A stretch of DNA of 46,093 nt from Faecousia sp. (GCA_029258495.1 JARHYV010000130.1:1-46093); one strand, 5' to 3'; shown: positions 27,988 through 37,558, numbered from the stretch's first letter. Numbers and translations: made by a program. The notes: a model not told the origin generated them from the sequence alone.

Positions 27988-29199
27988 TCAGTTTTTCAGC
28001 AATGGCAGGAAACTCTCGCCGTTTTGAGGCGCATCCACACCGAAGAAATCGCAGACCGTTGCGCCCACATCGGAAAGGCTCCGGCGCAGTCCCAGATCCA
28101 CTCCGGAAACACCCTTGCGGTATACCAGAAGGGGGACATTTTCCCGGGTGTGCTTGTTGTGACCGATATCCGGATCGTTGCCGTGGTCTGCCATAACAAG
28201 CAGGATATCGTCTTCATCCAAAAGCGGCAGCATCCTGCCGATCTTTTCGTCGGCGATCTGCAGCAGCTGCTGATACCAGTTGGAGTCCTGACTGTGTCCT
28301 GCAAGGTCTGTTTCCTGAACATTGGTGCAGATGAACCCCTGCTCCATGTTCCGGATCTCCTCGATGGTCATGTCCAGAACCTCGTCCGTAGGCACGCAGG
28401 ATACGCTCTTGCCCCCGTCGTTTGCAACGATGTCCGCCACCTTGCCCATCAGGGTCACGGGGATGCCTGCATTGGTCAGGATGGTGGGAGCCTGAACGCT
28501 CTTGTCCACGCCATAGCCCAGATGCAGGCAGTGGTAGCCCTGCACATAGGACTTGGATTTCACCGCATGGATACCGATGAACTTCCCTTCCCGGGTCTCC
28601 TCGGCCGCAAGAACATCCTCGATGGTGTTTCCGGTGCCGCCGAAGGGAATGACCCGGTTCACGGTTGCCACCTCCCGGACGAGCCGCCCGATCTCCAGTT
28701 CCTTTTCAAAGGAGATAAAATCCAGCGGTGCGGTGCAGTTATAAGCCATGCCGAAATCGGCATCGATATTGTCCGCTACGGTCACATAGTCATCCACCAG
28801 CAGATAGCGCAGCCCGTCGGTTTCCCGAACGACTACCTTATGCCCGTGCTGCTGCAGATGCTCCTTGATGGCATCCACCTTTTCCTGAAAGGGCTGCACC
28901 ACGGGACGCTTGGGCAGGGTGCCCATGATCTCCTGATGCCCCATAAAGGTATCGGCACCCCAGTGCATCAGCTCCGAGCGGCCTGCATTGGCAGTGGGCG
29001 AGAACTTCATCTTCCCGCTTTCCTTGCCGAAGGCATTCATCAGCCCCAGTTTTTCCAAGGTGGGAAAACTGCTGTCGGGATAATCCGCCAGAATGCTGCC
29101 CAGTGTGCTGGCCACCTCGTCACCGGGTCTTGCCTCCTTGGCGTCGGCCATGGCGCCCATTCCGAATCCGTCTAAAACAATTACGATAAATCTTTTCAT
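27988..29199 (-). CDS. yhfW: Phosphopentomutase-like protein YhfW
   Basis: VLDGFG, ADTFMGHQE, TDLAGH, ADHGNDP, HTRE metalloenzyme motifs; cluster context. Confidence 0.88.
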   Translation of the reverse strand: MKRFIVIVLDGFGMGAMADAKEARPGDEVASTLGSILADYPDSSFPTLEKLGLMNAFGKESGKMKFSPTANAGRSELMHWGADTFMGHQEIMGTLPKRPVVQPFQEKVDAIKEHLQQHGHKVVVRETDGLRYLLVDDYVTVADNIDADFGMAYNCTAPLDFISFEKELEIGRLVREVATVNRVIPFGGTGNTIEDVLAAEETREGKFIGIHAVKSKSYVQGYHCLHLGYGVDKSVQAPTILTNAGIPVTLMGKVADIVANDGGKSVSCVPTDEVLDMTIEEIRNMEQGFICTNVQETDLAGHSQDSNWYQQLLQIADEKIGRMLPLLDEDDILLVMADHGNDPDIGHNKHTRENVPLLVYRKGVSGVDLGLRRSLSDVGATVCDFFGVDAPQNGESFLPLLKN

Positions 29200-30350
29200 T
29201 TCTCATTCCCCAGGCTGTCATAAACGCCTACGATCTCCGGCCGACCGCCGGCAATGCCGTCGATCAGCACCACATCACTACGAGTTACAAAAATCTGAAA
29301 GCGGAACGCCATGACCACGGTTTCGCCCACGGTGCAAGGCTGATCCAGACCAAAATGATAATCGATGCTCTCCATACTGGGCGCAATGACCCGCATGGGG
29401 CGCATGGATGCTGCATCGGTGCCCACCAGTGCATGCTCCACATGGCTCCTGCGGTAGAAACCGCCGCCGTAGCAGTAGCCCAGTCCGTCAAAATTGTGGG
29501 AAACCTCGCTGATATAGGCAACGCAGCTCTTTTCCGGAAGATCCTGATGGACATGTGCAGGGGTGGTTCCGGTGAGTCCATGACCGGGCTCGCCGCAGTT
29601 GCAGCCATACTGTGCCATCAGCTCCAGTGTCCGCACACAGGTGGCAGAGGGGGTATTGACGATCTCCGGCTCGATGCCCCTGTCCCGAAGGATCTGGCGA
29701 GCCTTCAGCACCGTTTGCAGATTGGCGGTGGGCAGGATGTCCCCCGCCTGCTCATCATACAAAAAACAGGGGAAGGAGGTGATGCCTGCCACACGGATCC
29801 CGGGCAGATCCCGGATCTCCTCCAGAAATTCCGGCAGCTGCTCCAGACAGATGCCTGCCGTCTGACCGGAATAGATCATGTCCCCCTCACCGTAGACCCG
29901 GACAAGGATCTTCTGCTCCCTGCCCAATTCCGCCGCTGCGCGGCTGATGGAGCGCACCTTCTCGGCGGTATAGACCGTGATGACCTCCGGCCCGTATTCC
30001 ACGACCCTGCGGATCATGGCCTCCGGGATCTGAACCAGATGTCCCACATTCCCGATGGGGATATGGTGGCGCATCATGACCTGAGCCTCTTTGAAATCCA
30101 CCACCACCGCACCTGCATAGCCCATCTGCACGAGCTCCCGTGCAAGCACCGGATTGCGACCGATCTGCTTGAGCATGAAGTACAGGCGGATGCCCTTTTC
30201 ATTGGCAGCCTCTACGATTGCCCTTGCGTTGGCACGGAACTGCTCCAGATCCACGACATAGGAGTCCGGCAGGAGCCTGTGCTGCTGATGCAGGGTCACT
30301 GCTGCCTGCAAGAGCCGAGGGTTGTCCCTCTCCAGTTTGTTCAGGAACAT
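29196..30350 (-). CDS. yhfX: YhfX PLP-dependent alanine-racemase-like protein
   Basis: PDSYVVD, FMLKQIGRNP, GNVGHLVQIP, EPGHGLTG, GGGFYRR. Confidence 0.88.
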   Translation of the reverse strand: MFLNKLERDNPRLLQAAVTLHQQHRLLPDSYVVDLEQFRANARAIVEAANEKGIRLYFMLKQIGRNPVLARELVQMGYAGAVVVDFKEAQVMMRHHIPIGNVGHLVQIPEAMIRRVVEYGPEVITVYTAEKVRSISRAAAELGREQKILVRVYGEGDMIYSGQTAGICLEQLPEFLEEIRDLPGIRVAGITSFPCFLYDEQAGDILPTANLQTVLKARQILRDRGIEPEIVNTPSATCVRTLELMAQYGCNCGEPGHGLTGTTPAHVHQDLPEKSCVAYISEVSHNFDGLGYCYGGGFYRRSHVEHALVGTDAASMRPMRVIAPSMESIDYHFGLDQPCTVGETVVMAFRFQIFVTRSDVVLIDGIAGGRPEIVGVYDSLGNEK

Positions 30351-31444
30351 GAAATCACCCTTTCCATGGATTCCTTCAGAATACGGATCACGGTATCGTC
30401 ACCGCTGCGCATGGGATTGATGCGGATCATCCGCTTGGTAATGGTGGGATCCGTCGCCCGGAAGGTGCCGGACACCCGATAGAACATGGGTACCAGCTCA
30501 TAGCGGGACTCTGCGCCGATGGGATTGGGGGCTGCCCCCAGTTTCTCCGCCTCAAGGAGCACCTGCTCGGCAATGGGCTGCTCGAATTCCACCAAAAGCA
30601 CCTTGGACTGGGCATTGGCAAGGAAGGCATCCTTGATGCCCGGGAGCTCTCCGTCCAGAAGACGCTTGACCAGACGGTCGTTGACCTGCGCCTGGATCGC
30701 CAGTGCCACCGGCGCATAGACCATGCCCCGAAGGACTTCCAGTGCCTCGTGACCCTGCGTCTGGCTGCCGCCGGAGTAGTTGAGCTTTACCAGCTCGTCG
30801 ATATATTCCTTCTTGCCCACGATGCAGCCGATCCCCTCCGGTCCTTGCAGCTTGAAGGTGGAGAAGCAGGCAAGATCCGCGCCGCACTGGCTGCCGTTTT
30901 TCGCCACCTTCATCACTGCATAGTTGTCATCGGTGACGATGGGGATGTTCCGGCAGGTCTTGATGACGGCGATGACCTGCTCCATATCATAGGAGTCGGT
31001 CATGCTCTGGCGGGTATACTGCACCAGTGCCGCGGTGATCTCCGGATGCTCCTGCATCACCCGGCGAATGTCCTCCGGATCATTGAAATCGGCGCAGACG
31101 GTCTTCAGCCCCTGCCGCTCGATGGTGGTCTGGGTGGTGCTGTAAATGGGACTGGTATGGACAAGCAGGGTCTGCCCTGCCTTGATGACGGAAAAAAGGG
31201 CGTCTGCAATGGCGTCGGTACCGGCGCCGCGAACCAGCATGGCTGCCTCGGCATCGAATACCCGGGCGATGACCTTCTCGGCTTTCATGGTGGTGACCGG
31301 CTTGTTCAGCCCCGGCACCACGCCCAGATCGCCTCTGGTGAGCATCTCGTGACCGGGAAATTCCTTTGTGATGCAGTCGATCACCTTGAATTGCAGCGCC
31401 ATAGCCTCCTCTAAGGAGATGGAGTGCAAAGGATATGTAATCAT
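30341..31444 (-). CDS. yhfS: YhfS PLP-dependent aminotransferase-class-V-like protein
   Basis: YPLHSISLEEA, RGAGT, TDDNYA, FSTFKLQGPEG, RINPMR. Confidence 0.88.
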   Translation of the reverse strand: MITYPLHSISLEEAMALQFKVIDCITKEFPGHEMLTRGDLGVVPGLNKPVTTMKAEKVIARVFDAEAAMLVRGAGTDAIADALFSVIKAGQTLLVHTSPIYSTTQTTIERQGLKTVCADFNDPEDIRRVMQEHPEITAALVQYTRQSMTDSYDMEQVIAVIKTCRNIPIVTDDNYAVMKVAKNGSQCGADLACFSTFKLQGPEGIGCIVGKKEYIDELVKLNYSGGSQTQGHEALEVLRGMVYAPVALAIQAQVNDRLVKRLLDGELPGIKDAFLANAQSKVLLVEFEQPIAEQVLLEAEKLGAAPNPIGAESRYELVPMFYRVSGTFRATDPTITKRMIRINPMRSGDDTVIRILKESMERVISCS

Positions 31445-31480
31445 AGAAATCTTCCTCCTGTTGGGATATCTTCGGTCGGC

Positions 31481-32350
31481 TTACAGACCCAGAATGCGGG
31501 CAGGATTGTGGATCAGCATTTTGTCAAGACTCTCCTGTTTCAGTCCGGCAGCCTTCAGCATGGGGATGAAGGTATCGAACAGATAGCAGTAGCCGATGCC
31601 GCCCTTGAACCCCAGATGGGACTTTCTCGTCAGATCCTCGGACAGGACGATCTGATCCATCCGTCCCCGCTGCTCCAGCTCCAGTAAAAATTCCACCCGC
31701 TTTTCATCGGGGAAGTAGTTGTTCTTGCCCACGGTGTCAAAGCCGACACAGATGCCGCTGTCCAAGACCCGGCAGATATACGAAAGATCGCCGCTGAGAT
31801 CGATATGCCCCAAAACGATGCGATCCATGGGAAGTCCGGTCTGTGCAAAATATGCCGCCTGCTCCGGCGCATAGGTGCCCAGTGTGGTGTGGGTGTAGAT
31901 CGGCTTTCCGGTTTCCCGGGCTGCGATCACCGATGCATCGAACACCTTCTTCTCCATTTCGGTCATGGTGTTCTTACTGGTGCCGATTTCGCCGATCATT
32001 CCGGCTTTGGGGCCGCAGCCGTCAATGCCCGTGCGGATCTCTGCGATCATCCAGTCTGCCATCTCCTGAACGGTCTGGGTGTAGACCCGCTCCGGCAGGA
32101 AGGGCTCTTTATAGAAACCGGTGGACTGTACGATCCGGATCCCGGTCTTATTTTCAATTTCACAGACATAGGCACTGTTGCGGCCCATGCCGTCGTTGGT
32201 AACATCTACAATGGTATCCACGCCCAGTTCATGGAGCCTGCGATACTCGCTGAGGGTTTCTTCAAAGCAATCCAGACGGCAGTCCATATCCTTCTTGACG
32301 CCGCTGAGATCGATGGTGGTATGCTCATGCATCAGTGTATAACCGTTCAT
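31481..32350 (-). CDS. php: Phosphotriesterase-homology protein (amidohydrolase)
   Basis: MHEH, STGFY, GEIG, THT, GH, FDT, SED, NPARIL. Confidence 0.9.
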   Translation of the reverse strand: MNGYTLMHEHTTIDLSGVKKDMDCRLDCFEETLSEYRRLHELGVDTIVDVTNDGMGRNSAYVCEIENKTGIRIVQSTGFYKEPFLPERVYTQTVQEMADWMIAEIRTGIDGCGPKAGMIGEIGTSKNTMTEMEKKVFDASVIAARETGKPIYTHTTLGTYAPEQAAYFAQTGLPMDRIVLGHIDLSGDLSYICRVLDSGICVGFDTVGKNNYFPDEKRVEFLLELEQRGRMDQIVLSEDLTRKSHLGFKGGIGYCYLFDTFIPMLKAAGLKQESLDKMLIHNPARILGL

Positions 32351-32395
32351 TGTGTTCTCCTTTTTTCGACAGCAGGTCTTTGCCGTCCGGGGATC

Positions 32396-32425
32396 AAAAA
32401 AAGGGGGACCGCAAAGGTCCCCCTT
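32396..32425 (-). terminator. Intra-cluster terminator after yhfT
   Basis: AAGGGGGACC-GCAAA-GGTCCCCTT with a 7-nt U-tract on the minus strand. Confidence 0.75.
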
Positions 32426-32459
32426 CGCGTGCTAAGGGAATGTTACATGGTTTTTGGAA

Positions 32460-33779
32460 TTAGGCCACGGGAATTGCTGCCAGACCGATCACCATCAGGA
32501 TGTTCACCAGCAGGCCGAACAGGATGCAGGCCACAGGGCCGATCGCCATTTCGACGATGGGTTTCTTGGAACGGCGGTTCAGCAGTACACAGCCGATGAC
32601 GAACATGGCGCCCACACCGGTCATGCCCACGGCGGCAGCGATCTTCTCGGCACCCACAACGGCGCCGATGGTCAGGGTGATCTCGATGACCTTGGTCATG
32701 GAGGTGCGGATGTGCTCGCCCATGTCCTTGACACCGGGGAACTTATCCATGCCCTTTGCAAAGACATTGATCAGCAGCAGCTCCACAACGATCAGTGCAG
32801 CACCCACGATCAGTGCAAGGACAGGGTAGTTGTGCAGCGCCAGACCTGCAACGAATACAAAGGTGCAGCCTGCCGGTGCATAGACACCGGTGACGATGGA
32901 GGTGGTGAACACCAGAGGCACGAAACCGATGGCACGAGCCAGAGCGATCATGCTTGCACCGGACCATTCGCCCTCGGAAACGGCTGCCAGAGATGCAGGG
33001 TCACCGGCAACGATGGCCAGAGAGGTGCCCATGGCAAGCAGACCGCCCATGATGGTCAGCAGCAGCCAGTTCTTGCGGATACGGGCAAGCTTTGCAGAGA
33101 ACACCTGCGTCAGGGCTGCATTTGCGTTGCCCTCGCCCTTGACCTGAGCGGCAAAAACGAGCATCATGATGACACCCACCAGCATTGCCATGCCGTCTGC
33201 ATTCAGGGTGAAGGTGCGGTCTGCGCTGATGTGGAAGGTGCCGAATTTCTTGAACAGGAACCATGCGATGATGGTGATGACTGCGGTGATGGCGCCCTTC
33301 TTGAAGTTATGCTGATAGGCAACTGCCACAGCGGGGAAAATCGCAAAAGCGATGGTCATGTACATGGAAACAGAGCCCAGATCGCTGAGGAAGTTGTAGG
33401 GCAGATAGCCAAACAGCTTGACCACAGCCTCCAGACCCACCAACAGCAGCAAGCCGTAAATGCCGCCGATGACGCCGGACATGATCATGCCCTTCTTGCT
33501 GTCGGGACACCAGGTACCGATGATATCGGTGGTCAGCAGCAGCGCATGGATCAGGATGATGGTAGTACCGATGGATGAGGGGATACCGAAACCGATCACC
33601 AGACCAAAGCTGATGGAAAAGCTGATGGTTGCCATCTCTTTTCTGGAGATCTGGCCGTCGTAGTACTGGGGAACGATGGCACGGAATCCATCGTTGAACA
33701 CTGCAATGCCGCGGTTGGACAGAATGGATGCCAGCGCGCCGATCGCAATGATGACCAGATACTTCATAAGAATACTCAT
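32460..33779 (-). CDS. yhfT: YhfT-family membrane protein (putative transporter)
   Basis: AVFNDGFR, SFGLVIGFGIP, LLLTTDIIG, GEHIR; highly hydrophobic. Confidence 0.88.
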   Translation of the reverse strand: MSILMKYLVIIAIGALASILSNRGIAVFNDGFRAIVPQYYDGQISRKEMATISFSISFGLVIGFGIPSSIGTTIILIHALLLTTDIIGTWCPDSKKGMIMSGVIGGIYGLLLLVGLEAVVKLFGYLPYNFLSDLGSVSMYMTIAFAIFPAVAVAYQHNFKKGAITAVITIIAWFLFKKFGTFHISADRTFTLNADGMAMLVGVIMMLVFAAQVKGEGNANAALTQVFSAKLARIRKNWLLLTIMGGLLAMGTSLAIVAGDPASLAAVSEGEWSGASMIALARAIGFVPLVFTTSIVTGVYAPAGCTFVFVAGLALHNYPVLALIVGAALIVVELLLINVFAKGMDKFPGVKDMGEHIRTSMTKVIEITLTIGAVVGAEKIAAAVGMTGVGAMFVIGCVLLNRRSKKPIVEMAIGPVACILFGLLVNILMVIGLAAIPVA

Positions 33780-33798
33780 TGAAATCTCTCCTTATTTG

Positions 33799-34161
33799 TT
33801 ATTTTTCCAGAATTGCCTTCAGCAGCACGGGCAGAACCTGCTCTGCATGCTGCGCTGTAAAGCCGAATGCCTTCTTGCCGCCGGTGACGGCAGCGATGAT
33901 CTCTTCGTCGGGCAGGATCTTGCCGGGCATGGAAACCGTTGCGCAGTTGGGCGCACCCAGAAGTGCGATGGCCATTGCCAGTGCTCCGCCGCCGCCTGTG
34001 TTGCATGCGCCGATGTAGTAATCGTACTGACCTGCCTGCATTGCCATAACCGCATCCAGATCGTTCTTCACATCGACGGTTGCCTTGTCCCCTGCAAATT
34101 TCTTGGTAAATTCACAGATCTCCTGCTTGTTGATCTGTCCGCCTATAACGATACGAACCAT
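33799..34161 (-). CDS. yhfU: YhfU / DUF2620 family protein
   Basis: IGGQINK, YYIGACNTGGGGALAMAIALLG, GKKAFGFT. Confidence 0.88.
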   Translation of the reverse strand: MVRIVIGGQINKQEICEFTKKFAGDKATVDVKNDLDAVMAMQAGQYDYYIGACNTGGGGALAMAIALLGAPNCATVSMPGKILPDEEIIAAVTGGKKAFGFTAQHAEQVLPVLLKAILEK

Positions 34162-34245
34162 GTAAAGTCCTCCTTATGGAATGGTGATTTTATCTGTAAC
34201 GCTGCACCCTGCCATGCAGGATGCAGCATTGCATTTTGTCTGACA

Positions 34246-35736
34246 TCAGATGCCCAGCTGCTCCCGAACGATCTCGTTCATGTTCTTGGAAACAAAGGCA
34301 CTTGTATTATAGTAGTTGCTGACATCCTCATCGGCACCGTTTGCGGTGGACTTGCGGAAACCTGCCTGCATCTTGTTGGTCAGGCAGATGAAGATGTAAT
34401 CGTTCTCGGGGTCTGCAAACACGGTGGTGCCGGTAAAGCCGTCGTGACCGAAGACCTTTTCCGTGGCATTTGCTCCCATCCAGCTCTGATCCAGCTTGAA
34501 CCCATAGCCGAATTCCTCGCCCAGAGCGGGCTTGCCTTCCTTATCGTTGTGGTTTTCCTGATAAGTGGTGTGCTTGGTGGTGAACAGGTCGATGGTGTCC
34601 TTGCTATACAGACGGACGCCGTTGTATTCGCCGCCGTTGAGCATGCACTGCAGCAGGATGCTCAGATCGTGAGCCGTGGAGTAAAGACCTGCATGACCTG
34701 CAACACCCTTGCCGCCCATGCCTGCATTGCCGTCGTTCACCTCACCGATCAGCGTGTGATCCCGCCAGCCGGTGAAAGCCTCGAATGCCTCTGCATCGCC
34801 TGTGCAGTCATAGCCGACGCCTTGCCAGTTCTTTTCGTCCACCATTCTGTATTCATAGGGATTGCCCAGAGAGGTGGCCGCGATCTGCTCCTTGGTAAAG
34901 CCGTTTTCCAGAGGCTTGTAGGTGGTGGAGGTCATGCCCAGAGGCTCATAGACATTTTCCTTGACGAAAACATCCATATCCTGTCCGGTGACGGCCTCCA
35001 CGATAAAGCCGAGGGTCATAAAGGAGAAGTCCGAATACTTGGGCTCGGAGCCGTCGGTCTTGTATTCCGGGTTCAGCTCCAGACCCTTGATGAATTCCAG
35101 CTGCTCTTCCTTGGAGTCGCAGTACAGGAAGGTGGGTGCCCACTGGGGCAGACCGGAAGAATGAGTCAGCAGCTGGGCGATGGTGATGTCGCCCTTGCCG
35201 TTGGCCTCAAAGCCGGGCAGGTAGTCGGCGACCTTGTCCTCTACACGGATCTCACCCCGATCCACCAGGATCATGATGGACTGAGTGGTTGCCATGACCT
35301 TGGTGACCGATGCCAGATCAAAGAGGGTATCGGTGGTCATCTCCCGGGGATGCTCGGTCTTGACATAGACGGGGTTTGCGTAGCTCGAACCCTCTGCATC
35401 GTAGTCGGCGTCAAAGTAGTGGGCATAGCCGTATGCTTTTTCAAAAATCACCTTGCCGTCCTTCACCGCCAGAACCACGGCACCCATGCCCTGATTTCCG
35501 GCAGGATAGCCGGCTTCGTTTTTCAGCTGGGCATCCAGACCATTCCAGTAAGCGTCCATTTTTTCCTCCAGAGCCGTCTGATCCTGGGTGGATCCGGCAG
35601 TCGTTTCAGTGGCGGACGGTGTTGTCGCCACCGTGGTTTCTTCCGTTCCGGCAGTGGTTTGTGTCGGTTGATCGGCACCGCAGCCTGCCAGTGCCAGCAT
35701 GCCGGCTGCCAATACAAAAGCGATCGTCTTTTTCAT
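34246..35736 (-). CDS. Lipoprotein serine hydrolase of the beta-lactamase/PBP superfamily (AmiE/YbbE-like)
   Basis: Lipobox LAGC, Thr-rich linker, FDLASVTK (SxxK), LLTHSSG, YSD, GEVNDGNA, GHAGLYS, GHDGFTG; RBS AAGGAGG. Confidence 0.85.
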   Translation of the reverse strand: MKKTIAFVLAAGMLALAGCGADQPTQTTAGTEETTVATTPSATETTAGSTQDQTALEEKMDAYWNGLDAQLKNEAGYPAGNQGMGAVVLAVKDGKVIFEKAYGYAHYFDADYDAEGSSYANPVYVKTEHPREMTTDTLFDLASVTKVMATTQSIMILVDRGEIRVEDKVADYLPGFEANGKGDITIAQLLTHSSGLPQWAPTFLYCDSKEEQLEFIKGLELNPEYKTDGSEPKYSDFSFMTLGFIVEAVTGQDMDVFVKENVYEPLGMTSTTYKPLENGFTKEQIAATSLGNPYEYRMVDEKNWQGVGYDCTGDAEAFEAFTGWRDHTLIGEVNDGNAGMGGKGVAGHAGLYSTAHDLSILLQCMLNGGEYNGVRLYSKDTIDLFTTKHTTYQENHNDKEGKPALGEEFGYGFKLDQSWMGANATEKVFGHDGFTGTTVFADPENDYIFICLTNKMQAGFRKSTANGADEDVSNYYNTSAFVSKNMNEIVREQLGI

Positions 35737-35808
35737 GGTATCCTCCTTATTATGTTTGCCGTTATCTTCACATGGGCGGGATATCATCCGCCTGCATGCA
35801 ATCTGCAC

Positions 35809-36156
35809 TCAGGGCTCCAGCATGCTGCAAATGTGCAGCACAATGAAGTCGCTTTCGCTCTTGGGGAAGGGAATGGGGCTGTATTCCATCATTTTATTGC
35901 GGAATTCCTCTGCCACGGGAAATTCGGGTGTTTCTTGGATCTGCTGCCAGCAGAACTCGTCCATGGCATCCACGATCTCGCCCTTTTTGATCCGCTCCAC
36001 CGCCATCGCCAGATGGGTGGTGAACATGGTGGCATGATCCGGGTCGATATCGGGGTAGTCCGCATGCATCATATCGATCACCCGGTTGAGAAACTGGGCG
36101 GTATCCGCTCCGATCACACCGCCGGTCTGTAAGATCTGAATTCGTTGTTTCAGCAT
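35809..36156 (-). CDS. yhfY: YhfY PRD-domain-like protein
   Basis: LKQRIQIL..GGVI, FTTHLAMAVERI, E..FIVLH. Confidence 0.8.
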   Translation of the reverse strand: MLKQRIQILQTGGVIGADTAQFLNRVIDMMHADYPDIDPDHATMFTTHLAMAVERIKKGEIVDAMDEFCWQQIQETPEFPVAEEFRNKMMEYSPIPFPKSESDFIVLHICSMLEP

Positions 36157-36197
36157 AAAATTCTCCTTGTTGCATATAAATCATAGGGGTTTGCTTA

Positions 36198-37118
36198 TCA
36201 ATAATCCGCGCCGATGGTGCCCTGACGGACATCCTCTTGGATCCTGCGGATCTTCTGCACATCCAGACACTGCCTCAGCACCTGTCCCAGTGCCGGCTCG
36301 CCCTTGCGTACCACCACCACGGCGGAGGAAAAGCGGCTGACATCCACGATCCCGTCCAGAGGCACCACATTCAGCCCCTGATATCCGGACTCCACGATCT
36401 CATCCAAATTCCAGACACCGGCATCGATCAGTCCCGACCGGATGGAGTGCACGATCTGGTGGGCACGCATCTGTACCAAATGCACATCCGGGATATGGTC
36501 ACAGATCATTTTCGTGATGTTGCGATGATCCACGGATGCCCGGTCATAAGCCACACGCATACCGCTCGTGATCTGCTTGGCATCGGGATCCCGCAGGACA
36601 AGGACATGCCGGCTCAGATATGTGCCCGGGCCCAGATCCGCAACGATCTCCACCTCTTCGCCGCTTTCGATGGCCTGCTCTGCCGCATAGCGGCTGCATT
36701 CATAGAACTGGCACACACCGGACTCGATCAGCCGAAGGCGGCTTTCGGCGCCTCTGGCATAGATCAGATTGAAGGCAAGCGGCTCAAACGCCTGAAACAG
36801 TGCCGTAGCAAGACCCTGATAGCAGGCCGAGTAGGGCAGCGGCATGGCACCCAGCAGCTCCTTGTTGAAGGAACATTCCTGCAGCCGCCGGACATTCAGC
36901 GTTTCGATGAATGTTCCCATGTGACCTCGGCTGACCAGTGTGATGGCACCGTTGTCCTTCAGGTAAGCAAGGCTGTTCTGCACCGTGCCCCGGGAAACAC
37001 CCAAAAGCTGCTGATATTCGGATATGGAGGGGATCCGATCCCCGACCTTTCGGCTCAAAAGATCCTGCGCAAGCAGATTGACCGCAATTCCGATCTTCTG
37101 GTACAGCAATTCGCTCAT
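36198..37118 (-). CDS. yhfZ: YhfZ GntR-like regulator with periplasmic-binding-type C-domain
   Basis: GDRIPSISEY..VSRGTVQ HTH; MPLPYS..YQGLAT; RGA; DAGVWN. Confidence 0.88.
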   Translation of the reverse strand: MSELLYQKIGIAVNLLAQDLLSRKVGDRIPSISEYQQLLGVSRGTVQNSLAYLKDNGAITLVSRGHMGTFIETLNVRRLQECSFNKELLGAMPLPYSACYQGLATALFQAFEPLAFNLIYARGAESRLRLIESGVCQFYECSRYAAEQAIESGEEVEIVADLGPGTYLSRHVLVLRDPDAKQITSGMRVAYDRASVDHRNITKMICDHIPDVHLVQMRAHQIVHSIRSGLIDAGVWNLDEIVESGYQGLNVVPLDGIVDVSRFSSAVVVVRKGEPALGQVLRQCLDVQKIRRIQEDVRQGTIGADY

Positions 37119-37168
37119 AATTCAGCCCGCCTTTGATCATCGTCATCTTTCATCGTCGTAAGTGCCGC

Positions 37169-37233
37169 TCAATATACAACTTTTTGTATATTGAATGCAT
37201 AAATAGTTTATTACGATTTCTCAGGACTGTCAA
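37169..37233 (-). promoter_or_regulatory. yhf promoter with downstream 11-4-11 palindrome (candidate operator)
   Basis: TTGACA(37233-37228)-17-TAAACT(37210-37205); TCAATATACAA-CTTT-TTGTATATTGA at 37169-37194. Confidence 0.7.
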
Positions 37234-37396
37234 GTGGGCGGCAGACGATTTGTTAGGAACGATAAATTGCCCTTTGGATTTTTGTAGATAATGTCCATAG
37301 CCCTGTACCGCCCCTGATTTTGACTTCTCCTCCCCAATTCTGCAGGGGAAACAGAAAAATCCCCGGAGAAATCCTCACTTTTTTGTCCGGATATGC

Positions 37397-37480
37397 AAAA
37401 AGCCCCTTCCAACCGGAAGGGGCTTTTGGATGCAGCAAAAGATGACAAAAAGCTCCGATACCCAAGGTATCGGAGCTTTT
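37397..37480 (-). terminator. Two tandem terminators after the tRNA pair
   Basis: AAAAAGCCCCTTCC-AACC-GGAAGGGGCTTTT and AAAAAGCTCCGATACC-CAA-GGTATCGGAGCTTTT. Confidence 0.85.
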
Positions 37481-37483
37481 GCT

Positions 37484-37558
37484 TGGTGACCCGTACGGGA
37501 ATCGAACCCATGTTACCGCCGTGAAAGGGCGGTGTCTTAACCGCTTGACCAACGGGCC
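37484..37558 (-). tRNA. tRNA-Glu (UUC)
   Basis: GGCCCGTTGGTCAAGCGGTTAAGACACCGCCCTTTCACGGCGGTAACATGGGTTCGATTCCCGTACGGGTCACCA cloverleaf, encoded CCA. Confidence 0.97.

Noticed and set aside
34246-35736. Class C beta-lactamase resistance gene
   Set aside because: Has YSD and HDG rather than YxN and KTG, and sits in a metabolic operon; superfamily membership only
33676-36132. 818-aa plus-strand ORF and many other long antisense ORFs (e.g. 276-1580, 11152-12603, 23104-24498)
   Set aside because: They shadow well-supported genes on the opposite strand, show no recognisable motifs, and are expected from GC-rich codon bias
37230-37298. 22-codon ORF MDIIYKNPKGNLSFLTNRLPPT upstream of yhfZ
   Set aside because: No properly spaced RBS, and it lies after two terminators
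37397-37480. CRISPR-like or REP repeats
   Set aside because: Only two hairpins with different stems and U-tracts; these are tandem terminators and no cas genes are present
27930-37484. yhf cluster as an island integrated at the tRNA-Glu 3' end
   Set aside because: No integrase, and I saw no duplicate of the tRNA 3' end at the far side
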